In this document: piece after piece, positions 33,962 to 43,615 of the stretch
Numbering within the stretch: position 1 is the first letter of the stretch
Layout of the letters: every line of letters begins with the position of its first letter
From: Alphaproteobacteria bacterium
Lineage (GTDB): Bacteria > Pseudomonadota > Alphaproteobacteria > UBA828
Assembly (NCBI GenBank): GCA_963667785.2
Contig: CAXXMU010000005.1
Location: 192,001 to 256,000 of the forward strand
Length of the DNA: 64,000 nucleotides
Direction of reading: 5' to 3'
Program-made: the position numbers and the translations under genes
Notes under the pieces: model-generated
What the model was told of the DNA's origin: nothing
Database searches by the model: none
Seen by the model: the letters and a program-made list of their open reading frames with translations, nothing else

Positions 33962-34849
33962 TCAGACCTGCTTGGCCTCGATCACGCCGCGCCGGATGGC
34001 ACGGGTGCGGGTGAAGAGCGATTCCAGATGGGCGCCGTCGCCGCGCCGGATGGCGCGCTGGAGGGCCGAGAGGTCCTCGCTGAAGCGGCCCAGCATCTCC
34101 AGCACCGCCCCCCGGTTGTTGAGGAAGATGTCGCGCCACATGATCGGGTCGGAAGCGGCGATGCGGGTGAAGTCGCGGAAGCCGGCGGCTGCGTACTTGA
34201 AGACCTCCTGCTTGGTCTCCTCCTCGAGGTCGGTGACCGTGCCGACGATGTTGTAGGCGATCAGGTGCGGCAGGTGGGAGGTGATGGCGAGCACCGCGTC
34301 GTGATGCTCGGCGCTCATCAACTCCACCGTCATGCCGGCCATACGCCAGAGCGCGGCGACCCGCTCCACCGCCGCAGGGTCGGCCTCCTCCGGCGGGGTG
34401 AGGATGCACCAGCGGCCCTCGAACAGCTCGGCGAAGCCGGCCTCCGGCCCGGAGAACTCGGTGCCCGCCACCGGGTGGCCGGGGATCAGGTGAACCCCCG
34501 CCGGCACGTGCGGCGCGAGCGCGCCGATCACGGCGCTCTTGACCGAGCCCACGTCGGTCACGGTCGCGCCGGGGGCGAGGTGCGGCCCGATCTTCGCCGC
34601 GAGCGTCTCGAACGTGCCCACGGGCGTTCCCAGCACCACGAGGTCGCAGCCTGCGACAGCCTCGGCGGGGTCGAGCGTCACCCGGTCGACGAAGCCGAGC
34701 GCTACGGACGTGTCGAGCGTCGCCTGGCTGCGGGCACAGCCCACGATCTCGGTCGCGGGCGCCTTCTGCCGCAGCACCCGCGCGAGCGAGGAGTTGATCA
34801 GCCCGAGTCCGATCAGCGCGGTGCGGGAGAAGGGTGCAGGCTCGCTCAT
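33962..34849 (-). CDS. tyrC: Cyclohexadienyl (prephenate/arogenate) dehydrogenase
   Basis: Motifs [32 protein letters not shown] and [12 protein letters not shown]. Confidence 0.93.
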   Translation of the reverse strand: MSEPAPFSRTALIGLGLINSSLARVLRQKAPATEIVGCARSQATLDTSVALGFVDRVTLDPAEAVAGCDLVVLGTPVGTFETLAAKIGPHLAPGATVTDVGSVKSAVIGALAPHVPAGVHLIPGHPVAGTEFSGPEAGFAELFEGRWCILTPPEEADPAAVERVAALWRMAGMTVELMSAEHHDAVLAITSHLPHLIAYNIVGTVTDLEEETKQEVFKYAAAGFRDFTRIAASDPIMWRDIFLNNRGAVLEMLGRFSEDLSALQRAIRRGDGAHLESLFTRTRAIRRGVIEAKQV

Positions 34850-35967
34850 GGCGCCGCTCCCTCGTCCGCCGCAGGCGTCGCCATGAACGCCTCGAGCGCC
34901 CGGCCCACCTCGTCCGTCTCCGCCTCCAGGCCGACGGTGATCCGGAGGCAGTCGCTCAAGTGGTAGGGCTCCATCCGTCGGGCGACGATCCCGCGCGCGC
35001 TGAGGAAGCGATCGGCCGCCGCTGCGTCGCGGCCCTCCTCCGCCGGGAAGCGCACCAGCAGGAAGTTGCAGACGCTGGGCACGACCGCGAGCCCGCCCGC
35101 CGTGAGCCGGGCAGCGAGCGCGGCGCGGCAGGTCTCGTTGAGACTGCGGGCGCGGGCGACGTGCTCCTGGTCCTCGAGCGCGGCGAGCGCCGCGACAAGC
35201 GCGGCTGCGTTGGCGTTGAAGGGGCCGCGGATGCGGTGCAGCACGTCGACGATGGCGGGCGCGGCGTAGGCCCAGCCGAGCCTGAGCGCGGCCAGCCCGT
35301 AGGCCTTCGAGAAGGTGCGGGTCATCACCACGTTGGGCGCCATGCCGGCGAGCTCCAGGCCCGGGTCGTAGTCGGTTTCGGTGACGAACTCGGCGTAGGC
35401 CGAATCGATCACCAGCACGACATGCTCCGGCAGCCCGCCCCACAGGCGGCGCAGCTCGCCCTGGGGGATGTACGTCCCGGTCGGGTTGTTGGGGTTGGCG
35501 AGGAAGACGATCCGGGTGCGCTCGGTGACCAGGCCCAGGATCGCGTCCACGTCGGCGGTGCAGTCGCGCTCAGGTGCCACGACGGGGGTGGCGCCGGTGG
35601 CGAGCGTCGCCAGGGGATAGACCAGGAAGCCATGGCGGGTGTGGATGACCTCGTCGCCCGGCCCGGCATAGGCGTGGGCCAGGAGCTGGAGCAGCTCGTC
35701 CGAGCCGTTGCCGCAGACGATCCGCTCCGGCTCGATGTCGTGGAGCGTCCCCAGCGCCGTGCGCAGCGCCGTGGCGCCGCCGTCGGGATAGCGGTGCAGC
35801 TCGGCTGCGAGCGCGCGGTACGCGGCCTGCGCCTTCGGGCTCGGCCCCAGCGCCGATTCGTTGGAGGAGAGCTTGATGGTGTTGGCGTGGCCCTCCGCGG
35901 TCGAGCGGCCGCCGACATAGGGCGAGATCTCCATGATCCCGGGGCGGGGGGTGGGGTGGACCGGCAT
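34846..35967 (-). CDS. hisC: Histidinol-phosphate aminotransferase
   Basis: Motifs KLSSNES, GNGSDE, NPNNPTG and RTFSKAYGLAALRLG. Confidence 0.95.
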   Translation of the reverse strand: MPVHPTPRPGIMEISPYVGGRSTAEGHANTIKLSSNESALGPSPKAQAAYRALAAELHRYPDGGATALRTALGTLHDIEPERIVCGNGSDELLQLLAHAYAGPGDEVIHTRHGFLVYPLATLATGATPVVAPERDCTADVDAILGLVTERTRIVFLANPNNPTGTYIPQGELRRLWGGLPEHVVLVIDSAYAEFVTETDYDPGLELAGMAPNVVMTRTFSKAYGLAALRLGWAYAAPAIVDVLHRIRGPFNANAAALVAALAALEDQEHVARARSLNETCRAALAARLTAGGLAVVPSVCNFLLVRFPAEEGRDAAAADRFLSARGIVARRMEPYHLSDCLRITVGLEAETDEVGRALEAFMATPAADEGAAP

Positions 35968-35985
35968 CGCAGGCTCCGCCGCGCG

Positions 35986-36900
35986 TCAGGGCTCGTCGTG
36001 GCGGGCGGGCGGTCTCGGGTAGCTGCCCAGCACCGCGATCCGCCCGATGTCGTCGCCCAGCTGCCTGGCGAAGCGCCCCAGCCGCGCGTCCTCCTCGTCC
36101 ACGAAGCCGTCGGTCTCGATGAGCTGCCAGCGGCCCGGCGCGCCGTTCTCGTCGTGCCAGACCACCGAGCCGGTCATCTCGATGCCGGTGTTGGCGAGTG
36201 CCGTCCTGATGCGGTCGCGGCTGATGGTGTCCGAGGATTCGACCGCCACGTAGGAGACATCGTCGCCCGACGGCGCCGGCGGGGCCATGGTCACCACGAG
36301 AGCGCTGGTCGCGCCGGCCGGATGCCGCCCGCCCGCGAGCCAGGGCAGGCGCGAGACGATCATCGGCCGGCTCTCGTCGCTGGCGGCGAGCGTCAGCCAC
36401 CAGGGCTCGGCGCTCACGCCCACGTCCCCGCTCATCGCATCCGCCGGCACCGGCAGCACGCCGACCGATGCCCTGCCGTCGCGCACGGCACGCAGCACGC
36501 CGCTTTCCGTCTGGGCCTGGAGCAGCAGGGTTTCGGCGCCGAAATGGGCCCGCGCCAGATCGGTGAAGCGCATCTCGTCGCCGGGCGCCTCCACCGTGAA
36601 CACCGAGACGGCGAAGTTGCCCTCCGCGAAAAGCGTCGCCGACATGATCTCCGACCAGATCCGCACGACCACGGGGAAGGGAAAGGGGCCGTCGTGGCGC
36701 GCCATCAGCCGTCGCAGGATCGCGGCCTCACGCGCCGGCCGCAGCAGCGCGCCGGCGACGCCCGCGTCGCGCTTCGCCTTGCTGATGCGGTTGGCGAGCG
36801 CCACCCGGCGCTTCAGCAGGTCGTGGATGGTATCGTCGATCTCGTCGATCTCTCCGCGCAGGGCGTCGAGCGGCGGATCCTTCGGCGAGGGCCTGTTCAT
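35986..36900 (-). CDS. Chorismate mutase (AroQ-type domain plus C-terminal extension)
   Basis: Motifs LRGEIDEID..IHDLL.RR and RPAREA.ILRRL; lies upstream of hisC-tyrC. Confidence 0.88.
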   Translation of the reverse strand: MNRPSPKDPPLDALRGEIDEIDDTIHDLLKRRVALANRISKAKRDAGVAGALLRPAREAAILRRLMARHDGPFPFPVVVRIWSEIMSATLFAEGNFAVSVFTVEAPGDEMRFTDLARAHFGAETLLLQAQTESGVLRAVRDGRASVGVLPVPADAMSGDVGVSAEPWWLTLAASDESRPMIVSRLPWLAGGRHPAGATSALVVTMAPPAPSGDDVSYVAVESSDTISRDRIRTALANTGIEMTGSVVWHDENGAPGRWQLIETDGFVDEEDARLGRFARQLGDDIGRIAVLGSYPRPPARHDEP

Positions 36901-37069
36901 GGCGGGGCTGATGCGGCTGAGGCGGCGCTGAGTCCTAGTCCATGAGCGTGCCAAAAGCAAAGTAAACATTGACTTTCGGGTGCAATTCGCAACTGTCTGA
37001 CGCCCTTTCGGCGATCCCGTCGGCGCGCGCTCCGGTGGCAGGACGCGGCCTTGCGGGACTCGGAGAGCG

Positions 37070-38239
37070 ATGATCGCGATGCCCGAGAGCACAGCCGCTG
37101 CAGTACATGAAGGCGCGGGCCTCAGCGTAGAGCTCGGCGGGGCGGCGCCGCTCGAGCTCGACTGCGGCGTCTCGCTCGGACCGTTCACGCTTGCCTACCA
37201 GACATACGGCACGCTGAACCGGGACCGCTCCAACGCGGTGCTGCTCTGCCATGCGCTCACCGGCGACCAGTTCGTACGCGGGCCCCATCCGCTCACCGGG
37301 CGCGCCGGTTGGTGGGAGCTGATGGTGGGCCCCGGCAAGCCCTTCGACACGGACCGCTACTTCGTGATCTGCAGCAACGCGCTCGGCGGCTGCATGGGCA
37401 CCACCGGGCCGAAGGAGATCAACCCTGCCACCGGGCGCCCGTGGGGCCTCGACTTCCCGGTCATCACCATCCGCGACATGGTCAAGGCCCAGGCGATGCT
37501 GCTCGACCATCTGGGGATCGAGCAGCTCTTCTGCGTCTCTGGCGGCTCGATGGGCGGCATGCAGGCGCTGCAGTGGGTGGCGAGCTTCCCCGAGCGCTGC
37601 TACACGGCGCTGCCGATCGCCTGCGCGGCCAAGCACTCGGCTCAGAACATCGCGCTCAACGAGGTCGGCCGCCAGGCGATCATGGCCGATCCCGACTGGC
37701 GCGCAGGGCGCTATCAGGAGCACGGAGTCAATCCCGTCGGCGGCCTCGCGGTCGCGCGCATGGCCGCCCACATCACCTACCTCTCGGAATCCGCGCTGCA
37801 GCGGAAGTTCGGCCGCGCCCTGCAGGACAGGAGCAACGTCACCTACGGCTTCGATGCGGACTTCCAGGTGGAGAGCTACCTGCGCCACCAGGGGCAGAGC
37901 TTCGTCGAGCGCTTCGACGCGAACTCCTACCTCTACATCACCCGGGCGATCGACTATTTCGACCTCGCGGCCGACTACGAGGGCGTGCTGGCGAATGCGT
38001 TCCGCGGGGTGGACACCCGCTTCTGCGTCATCTCGTTCACCAGCGACTGGCTCTATCCCACGGCGGAAAACCGCGCCATCGTGCGCGCGCTCGCCGCGGT
38101 CGCCGCCAATGTGAGCTTCGTCGAGGTGGTGAGCGACAAGGGACACGATGCCTTCCTCCTCGACGAGCCGGACATGTTCGAGACCCTGCGCGGCTTCCTG
38201 AGCGGCGCCGCCGCCCGCCGCGGGTTCGGCGGCCCGTGA
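37070..38239 (+). CDS. metX: Homoserine O-acetyltransferase
   Basis: Motifs [22 protein letters not shown] and GHDAFL. Confidence 0.96.
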   Translation: MIAMPESTAAAVHEGAGLSVELGGAAPLELDCGVSLGPFTLAYQTYGTLNRDRSNAVLLCHALTGDQFVRGPHPLTGRAGWWELMVGPGKPFDTDRYFVICSNALGGCMGTTGPKEINPATGRPWGLDFPVITIRDMVKAQAMLLDHLGIEQLFCVSGGSMGGMQALQWVASFPERCYTALPIACAAKHSAQNIALNEVGRQAIMADPDWRAGRYQEHGVNPVGGLAVARMAAHITYLSESALQRKFGRALQDRSNVTYGFDADFQVESYLRHQGQSFVERFDANSYLYITRAIDYFDLAADYEGVLANAFRGVDTRFCVISFTSDWLYPTAENRAIVRALAAVAANVSFVEVVSDKGHDAFLLDEPDMFETLRGFLSGAAARRGFGGP

Positions 38240-38898
38240 GCGAGCGCCAGCGGCAGGCCGGCGCCCGCCCCGATCACCGCCTGATCGCCGAGATGGTGGC
38301 GCCCGGCTCCCGGCTCCTCGATATCGGCTGCGGCGACGGCGCCCTGCTGGAGCTGCTGGCGCGCGAGAAGGAGGTCGACGGCCGCGGCATCGAGATCAGC
38401 CAAGAGGGGGTGAACGCGTCGGTCAGGCGCGGGCTCTCGGTCATCCAGGGGGATGCGGAGACCGATCTCGCCCACTACCCCGATGCCGCCTTCGACTACG
38501 TGGTGCTGAGCCAGACCCTGCCGGCGATCCGCGATCCCCGGGGCGTGCTGCTGGAGCTGCTCAGGATCGGCCGCAGCGCCATCGTCTCGATCCCCAACTT
38601 CGGGCACTGGCGCAACCGGCTGCATCTTCTCACGCGGGGCCGGATGCCGGCACCGCTCGGCTCCAGCGAGCTCTGGTACGAGACGCCGCAGATCAGGCCC
38701 TGCACCATCAAGGACTTCGTCATGCTCTGCCGCGAGCTCGGGATCGCGATCGAGCGCCGCACCCAGCTCGATTCGCGCGGCCGCGTGCGCCGCTTCACCG
38801 GCACCGGCCGCTTCGCCAACCTCTTCGGCGAGCAGGCGGTGTTCCTGCTCTCCGCCAGCCGGACCGGGCCGGGCGCCTCACGGCCCGATCGCCGCTGA
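38236..38898 (+). CDS. metW: Methionine biosynthesis protein MetW
   Basis: Motifs [18 protein letters not shown] and PNFGHW; GTGA overlap with metX. Confidence 0.92.
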   Translation: MSERQRQAGARPDHRLIAEMVAPGSRLLDIGCGDGALLELLAREKEVDGRGIEISQEGVNASVRRGLSVIQGDAETDLAHYPDAAFDYVVLSQTLPAIRDPRGVLLELLRIGRSAIVSIPNFGHWRNRLHLLTRGRMPAPLGSSELWYETPQIRPCTIKDFVMLCRELGIAIERRTQLDSRGRVRRFTGTGRFANLFGEQAVFLLSASRTGPGASRPDRR

Positions 38899-39645
38899 GC
38901 CACCGCGCGCCGCCGTGCGCGCGCCTGCGGGCACCGGCTGCGGCAGCGGCACGATGACCCGGCGCCGGCGCCGCGCCGTGACCGCGCGCGCCTCGAACAC
39001 GGTCTTGCCGGCCTCGACATAGACGATGCCGCCGAAGGGGCGGCCGAGATGCCGACCCAGATGATGCCAGGCCGCGGCGGTGCGCAGCACCGCGCGCGAG
39101 CCCGTGGGCGGCAGGAACAGCATCGCGCCGGACGCGACCGGGGCGAAGCGGTGCTCGCGCAGGAGCCGGGCGAGCTGCGAGGCGCTGAAGGGCGAGCCGT
39201 GGCCGAAGGGCGTGGCCTCCGCCCGCGCCCAGAGGCCGTGGCGGTTCGGCACCAGCGCCAGCATGCGCCCGTTCGGCCGCATCACCCGCCAGACCTCCTC
39301 CAGCATCGGCCGGCGCTGCTCGCTGAACTCCAGGCCGTGGACGATGAGGATGCGGTCGATGCAGCCGTCGGGCAGCGGCAGGGCGCCGTCGTCGGCGAGC
39401 GTCACGAGCCTGCCGCCGCTCTCCGGCCAGGCCATCACCCCCTGGCCCGCCGGCATGACCGCGAAGACGCGGTCCGCCTCCTCCCGGAAGAGGCCGAGAT
39501 AGGGCACCGGGTAGCCGAGGCCGAGCACCACTTCCTCGCGCACGCTCGGCCAGGCGCGGCGGAGCTGCTGGCCGATCATGCGCCGCGTCACCCGGCCGAG
39601 CCGGGTCAGATAGAAGGCGTTGAGGTCGACGACGTCCTGGTGCAT
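38878..39645 (-). CDS. SAM-dependent methyltransferase (Methyltransf_11, YafS-like)
   Basis: Motifs DVVDL..FY..RLG, LGLGY..PYL, HGLE and TPFGHG.PFS. Confidence 0.85.
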   Translation of the reverse strand: MHQDVVDLNAFYLTRLGRVTRRMIGQQLRRAWPSVREEVVLGLGYPVPYLGLFREEADRVFAVMPAGQGVMAWPESGGRLVTLADDGALPLPDGCIDRILIVHGLEFSEQRRPMLEEVWRVMRPNGRMLALVPNRHGLWARAEATPFGHGSPFSASQLARLLREHRFAPVASGAMLFLPPTGSRAVLRTAAAWHHLGRHLGRPFGGIVYVEAGKTVFEARAVTARRRRRVIVPLPQPVPAGARTAARGGSAAIGP

Positions 39646-39659
39646 GGGCGGGCATGTTA

Positions 39660-39926
39660 ACCTGCACTTCTCACCATGGTCATGGTCTGCGCGGCGCTGT
39701 CCGACCGACAGGGCAGGAGAGGCGCGCAGCGCGATGCGGGGACATCGGGCAAGCGCCTCGACGCACACTGTCGGTCGGACAGCGCCGCCCTTCGGGTCTC
39801 GCCCAGGCGCCCGCCCGCGGCGTCGCGAGCCTCAACCGTATTCCCCGATACGCTTTTCGGCCCGCTCCTGGCGGATCGAACGCCTGGTGCGCGACGCAGA
39901 CCGTGACCATGGTGAGAAGTGCAGGT
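39660..39926. mobile_element. MITE-like palindromic element, family A, copy 1 (267 bp, TA-flanked)
   Basis: 32-bp terminal inverted repeats ACCTGCACTTCTCACCATGGTCA(T/C)GGTCTGCG with one mismatch; TA at 39658-39659 and 39927-39928; homologous copy at 59973-60237. Confidence 0.88.
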
Positions 39927-39953
39927 TAGCAGCCCGCGCGCGCCGGCACCGGC

Positions 39954-40676
39954 TCAATACATGTGGGTGCCGCCGTTCATGGTGATGGTGGAGCCGGTGG
40001 TCCATGCCGCCTTGTCGTCGACGAGAAAGAGCACCGCATGCGCTACCTCGTCTTCGTAGCCCATGCGGCGAACGGGCGACTTGTCGATGATCTTCTTCAC
40101 GATCTTCTCGGGCATGTTGCGCATCATGTAGGTGTCGACGTAGCCGGGCGCCACGGTGTTGACCGTGATCCCGTGCCTCGCACCCTCCTGCGCCAGTGCC
40201 TTGGTGAAGCCGTGCATGCCCGCCTTGGCGGCGACGTAGTTGACCTGGTTGAGCTGGCCGGCCTGGCCGTTCATCGAGCCGATCTGGATGATCCGGCCCC
40301 AGCCGCGTTCGATCATGCCGGGATAGACCGCCTTCGACATGTAGTAGACGGAATCGAGATTGACCCGCACCACCCGCTGCCACTGGTCGTCGGTCATGTT
40401 CTCGAACTTGTTGTCGGAGACCGTGCCTGCGTTGTTGACGAGGATCTCGACCGGGCCGTGCTCAGCCTCGATCGCCGCGACGCCCGCGCGGCAGGCCTCG
40501 CCGTCGCTCACGTCCCACTTGCGCGCCGGAATGCCGGACTCCGCGCTGAACGCGGCGGCGCAGGCCTCGTCGGCATGGTAGTTGACCACCACCGGGTGGC
40601 CGGCCTGCTTCAGGGCACGCGCGATCGCCGCGCCGATGCCGCGCGTGCCGCCGGTAATCAGCGCATGCCGTTCCAT
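39954..40676 (-). CDS. Acetoacetyl-CoA reductase paralog (divergent PhaB-like)
   Basis: Motifs TGGTRGIG, NNAG, NYVAAKAG and NGGTHMY. Confidence 0.88.
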   Translation of the reverse strand: MERHALITGGTRGIGAAIARALKQAGHPVVVNYHADEACAAAFSAESGIPARKWDVSDGEACRAGVAAIEAEHGPVEILVNNAGTVSDNKFENMTDDQWQRVVRVNLDSVYYMSKAVYPGMIERGWGRIIQIGSMNGQAGQLNQVNYVAAKAGMHGFTKALAQEGARHGITVNTVAPGYVDTYMMRNMPEKIVKKIIDKSPVRRMGYEDEVAHAVLFLVDDKAAWTTGSTITMNGGTHMY

Positions 40677-40711
40677 CTTCCGCCTCCCCTCGCCCGCTTC
40701 CGTCGCTTCGT

Positions 40712-41434
40712 TCAGTACATGTGGTGGCCGCCGTTGACCGAGATCGTGGAGCCGGTGATGAAGTCGGCGTCGTCGGCGATCAGGAAGAGCACCGCGCGGG
40801 CGATGTCCTCGGCCCGGCCGAGCCGGCCCACGGGGATCGAGGCGACGATCTTCTCCAGCACCGCCTCCGGCACCGCGCGCACCATCTCGGTATCGACGTA
40901 GCCGGGCGCCACGGCATTCACGGTGATGTTGTGGCGCGCGCCTTCTTGCGCCAGCGCCTTGGTGAAGCCGTGAATCCCCGACTTCGCCGCCGCATAGTTG
41001 ACCTGGCCGTACTGGCCGGCCTGGCCGTTGATCGAGCCGATGTTCACGACCCGCCCGAACTTGCGCGCGCGCATGCCGGGGAAGGTCGCGTGGCAGAGGT
41101 TGAAGCAGGAGCCGAGGTTGGTGTCGAGCACCGCCTGCCAGTTGTCCGGCGTCATCTTCTGCAGCGTGCCGTCGCGGGTGATCCCGGCGTTGTTCACCAG
41201 GATGTCGATGGGACCGATCTCCTGCTCGATGCGCCCGACGCCCGCCTCGCAGGCGGCGAAGTCGCCCACGTCCCACTTGTGGACGGCGATGCCGGTGGCG
41301 CTGCGGAAGCGCTCGGCCGCCTCGTCGTTCGCGTTGTAGTTCGCGGCTACCTGGTAGCCGTCGTTCTTCAGCGCCAGCGAAATGGCGCCGCCGATACCGC
41401 GTGTTCCGCCCGTGACCAGTGCCACCCGTGTCAT
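40712..41434 (-). CDS. phaB: Acetoacetyl-CoA reductase
   Basis: Motifs RVALVTGGTRGIG, NNAGITRD, GQYGQVNYAAAKSG and NGGHHMY. Confidence 0.95.
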   Translation of the reverse strand: MTRVALVTGGTRGIGGAISLALKNDGYQVAANYNANDEAAERFRSATGIAVHKWDVGDFAACEAGVGRIEQEIGPIDILVNNAGITRDGTLQKMTPDNWQAVLDTNLGSCFNLCHATFPGMRARKFGRVVNIGSINGQAGQYGQVNYAAAKSGIHGFTKALAQEGARHNITVNAVAPGYVDTEMVRAVPEAVLEKIVASIPVGRLGRAEDIARAVLFLIADDADFITGSTISVNGGHHMY

Positions 41435-41498
41435 GCCTGCGTTCCCCGATCGTGCATCGCGCCGCCGGGGAAGGGCTCCTCGGCGACGCGCGCGCCTC

Positions 41499-41527
41499 AT
41501 ATGCGCAGGCGCCGGCGCATTTTCAAG
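41499..41527 (-). promoter_or_regulatory. Possible RpoH-like promoter for phaB (CTTGAA-15-GCGCATAT)
   Basis: Perfect CTTGAA -35 overlapping the stop of the upstream gene; weaker -10. Confidence 0.35.
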
Positions 41528-42761
41528 GGCTGCCGCGGTCGCGCGGGCCGGCGTGCGCGGCGATCCAGTCCGCGAGCCGGCGCCAGAGCAGGCGCTTGGC
41601 GCGCGGGCTGGCCATCATCCCGATATGGCCGAGCGGCGGCCGCCAGGTGTCGACCGCAGGCAGGGCCGCGCTCAGCGCCGCCGCCGATGCCGGCGGGACG
41701 ATGCGGTCGCGCGCCGGCACGACGTTGAGCGCCGGCGTGGTTACGCGCTCGGGCCGGACCGCCTCGCCCCCCACCCGCCAGAGGCCGCGCCCAGGCGCGT
41801 TCGCACCGTACCAGTCCGCGAGGCAGGCCTCGGCAACGGGTGCGGTGAGCGGCACGACGTCGTTCAGCCAGTCCTCCAGCGCGACGAAATTGCGCGCGGC
41901 TGCGGAGGCGGGCGCAAGCGCGGCGAAGGCCGAGAACTTGCGGGCTGCGAGCAGCGGATCGAGCCCGGCGAACATCGCCTGCAGGGCGTCGGCCGGAAGC
42001 TCGCCTGCGGACTCGGTCAGCGCCAAGAGCCCCGGCGCACAGGCGGCGACGAGGCGCGCCTGGTGGCCGCCGTCCGCGTGAAAGTCCCAGGGGGTTGCCA
42101 GCAGCACCAGCGCCGCCACCTCCGGGCGGGCGGCGAGCGGCAGCGCCATCGTTCCCCCCATGCAGTAGCCCGCCAGCGCGAGCGGCCGGCCCGCGTCCCG
42201 GTGCACGGCCTCCAGCGCCGGCGCGAGCCGGCCCGTGATGTAGTCGTCGAGCGTGAACGCCCGCTCGTCCGCGCCCGGCACGCCCCAGTCGAGCAGGTAG
42301 GGGCGCAGGCCGCATTCGCGCAGGTAGCGGGCGAAGCTGCGGCGTGCCGTGAGGTCGAGGATGTAGGCGCGGTTGATGAGCGAGGGCACGAGCAGCACCG
42401 GCGCGCCCGCGGGCTCCCCGCCGAAGGCCAGCACCCGCGTCGTCCCCGCCTGCCACAGCACCGGCGGGTCGGCGAGGCGGCGCCGGTAGGGATGCGCCCG
42501 GTAACCCTCGATGCCGTCGAGGAAGAGGCCGATGCGCCGGGCCGCGTGCGCGCCGAGCGCACGCGCGAGCGCCTCAGGATCGGCGCGGGCGAGCGGCTGC
42601 CGCAGGGCCGCCGCCTCCGCTTCTGCCGCGTGCTTCCAACGCAGCGATCCGCTCCGCGCAGGCGGCAAGGCGGCGAGCGAGCTCAGCCAGCCGCCGAGCG
42701 CCATCGCCAGATGAAGCTGCAGCGGCCTGGGGCCCGTGCGCGGCGGCGCCGGGTCCGGCAT
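41523..42761 (-). CDS. PhaC-like (class III-type) PHA synthase / alpha-beta hydrolase
   Basis: PSLINRAYILDL, lipase box GYCMGG (catalytic Cys), DRIVPP (Asp) and GHIG (His). Confidence 0.88.
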   Translation of the reverse strand: MPDPAPPRTGPRPLQLHLAMALGGWLSSLAALPPARSGSLRWKHAAEAEAAALRQPLARADPEALARALGAHAARRIGLFLDGIEGYRAHPYRRRLADPPVLWQAGTTRVLAFGGEPAGAPVLLVPSLINRAYILDLTARRSFARYLRECGLRPYLLDWGVPGADERAFTLDDYITGRLAPALEAVHRDAGRPLALAGYCMGGTMALPLAARPEVAALVLLATPWDFHADGGHQARLVAACAPGLLALTESAGELPADALQAMFAGLDPLLAARKFSAFAALAPASAAARNFVALEDWLNDVVPLTAPVAEACLADWYGANAPGRGLWRVGGEAVRPERVTTPALNVVPARDRIVPPASAAALSAALPAVDTWRPPLGHIGMMASPRAKRLLWRRLADWIAAHAGPRDRGSP

Positions 42762-42945
42762 TCAGGCTGCCGTCCGCGCGCGCGCCGGCCATCGCTCCGA
42801 GGTGCAGGGCGGCGAGCCTGGAGGCGAGCGGGCCGGGGCCTTCCTCCCGCCCGGTGCCGGCGACCTCCTCCTGCCAGAGGTCGAGAAAGCGGCGGGCGAG
42901 CGTGGCCGGATCGTCGTCATCGCTCGCGCTCCCTGCCCCGCTCAT
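42574..42945 (-). CDS. Small PhaE-like coiled-coil protein overlapping the PhaC-like gene
   Basis: LARRFLDLWQEEV N-terminal helix and RRLAELARRLAACAERIAALEA C-terminal coiled coil; 123 aa. Confidence 0.65.
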   Translation of the reverse strand: MSGAGSASDDDDPATLARRFLDLWQEEVAGTGREEGPGPLASRLAALHLGAMAGARADGSLNAGPGAAAHGPQAAAASSGDGARRLAELARRLAACAERIAALEARGRSGGGGPAAAARPRRS

Positions 42946-43053
42946 GGCCGCAGTATAGCCGATGCGGCAGGGTCGGGGCGGCGCCGCGTCCTCCCGCCGC
43001 CGGGCGCGGGCTGCGTCGTTGACACCCCCGGCCGTGCGTCCCATGCTCGGGCC

Positions 43054-43578
43054 ATGACCATCGAGCAGAAGATCGAGGCCGCGGGCCTCACGCTGCCCCG
43101 GCTGGAGGACAGCTACAGCAACAACCCCGCGGGCGCGAAGTACGTCTCGCACCACGCGCTGGGGCGCGTGCTCTACCTCTCGGGCTGCACGCCGGCCAAG
43201 GACGGCAAGCCCTACATGACCGGCGTCCTCGGCGTCGACCGCACCATCGAGGAAGGCTACGAGGCCGCGCGCCAGTGCATGCTCTGCTACCTCGGCATGA
43301 TCAAGTACGCGCTGGGCGATCTCGACCGGATGCACCGCATGCTGCATCTGGTGGGCTACGTGAACTCGGGCCCCGACTTCACCGACCAGCCGCGCGTCAT
43401 CAACGGCGCCGTCGACCTCCTGGTCGAGCTCTACGGCCGCCGCCTGATGCCCACGCGCGCGGCCATCGGCTGCCGCGGGCTCGCGGTCGACCACTCGGTC
43501 GAGCTGATCGCCACGGTGGAATTCGACGGCGGCAGCGTGGCGCCTGCGCTCGGCCGCGACGGGACGGTGCTGGACTGA
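43054..43578 (+). CDS. Rid (YjgF/YER057c/UK114) family protein
   Basis: Motifs LYLSG, G.LG.D.TIEEGYEAAR, FTDQP.VINGA.DLL.ELYG and TRAAIG. Confidence 0.88.
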   Translation: MTIEQKIEAAGLTLPRLEDSYSNNPAGAKYVSHHALGRVLYLSGCTPAKDGKPYMTGVLGVDRTIEEGYEAARQCMLCYLGMIKYALGDLDRMHRMLHLVGYVNSGPDFTDQPRVINGAVDLLVELYGRRLMPTRAAIGCRGLAVDHSVELIATVEFDGGSVAPALGRDGTVLD

Positions 43579-43615
43579 GCGGCGCCCCCGCCGCCCCGAC
43601 GAGAGACCCCGAGCC

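Noticed and set aside
36977-37069. SAM riboswitch upstream of metX
   Set aside because: No SAM-II or SAM-SAH consensus recognisable by eye
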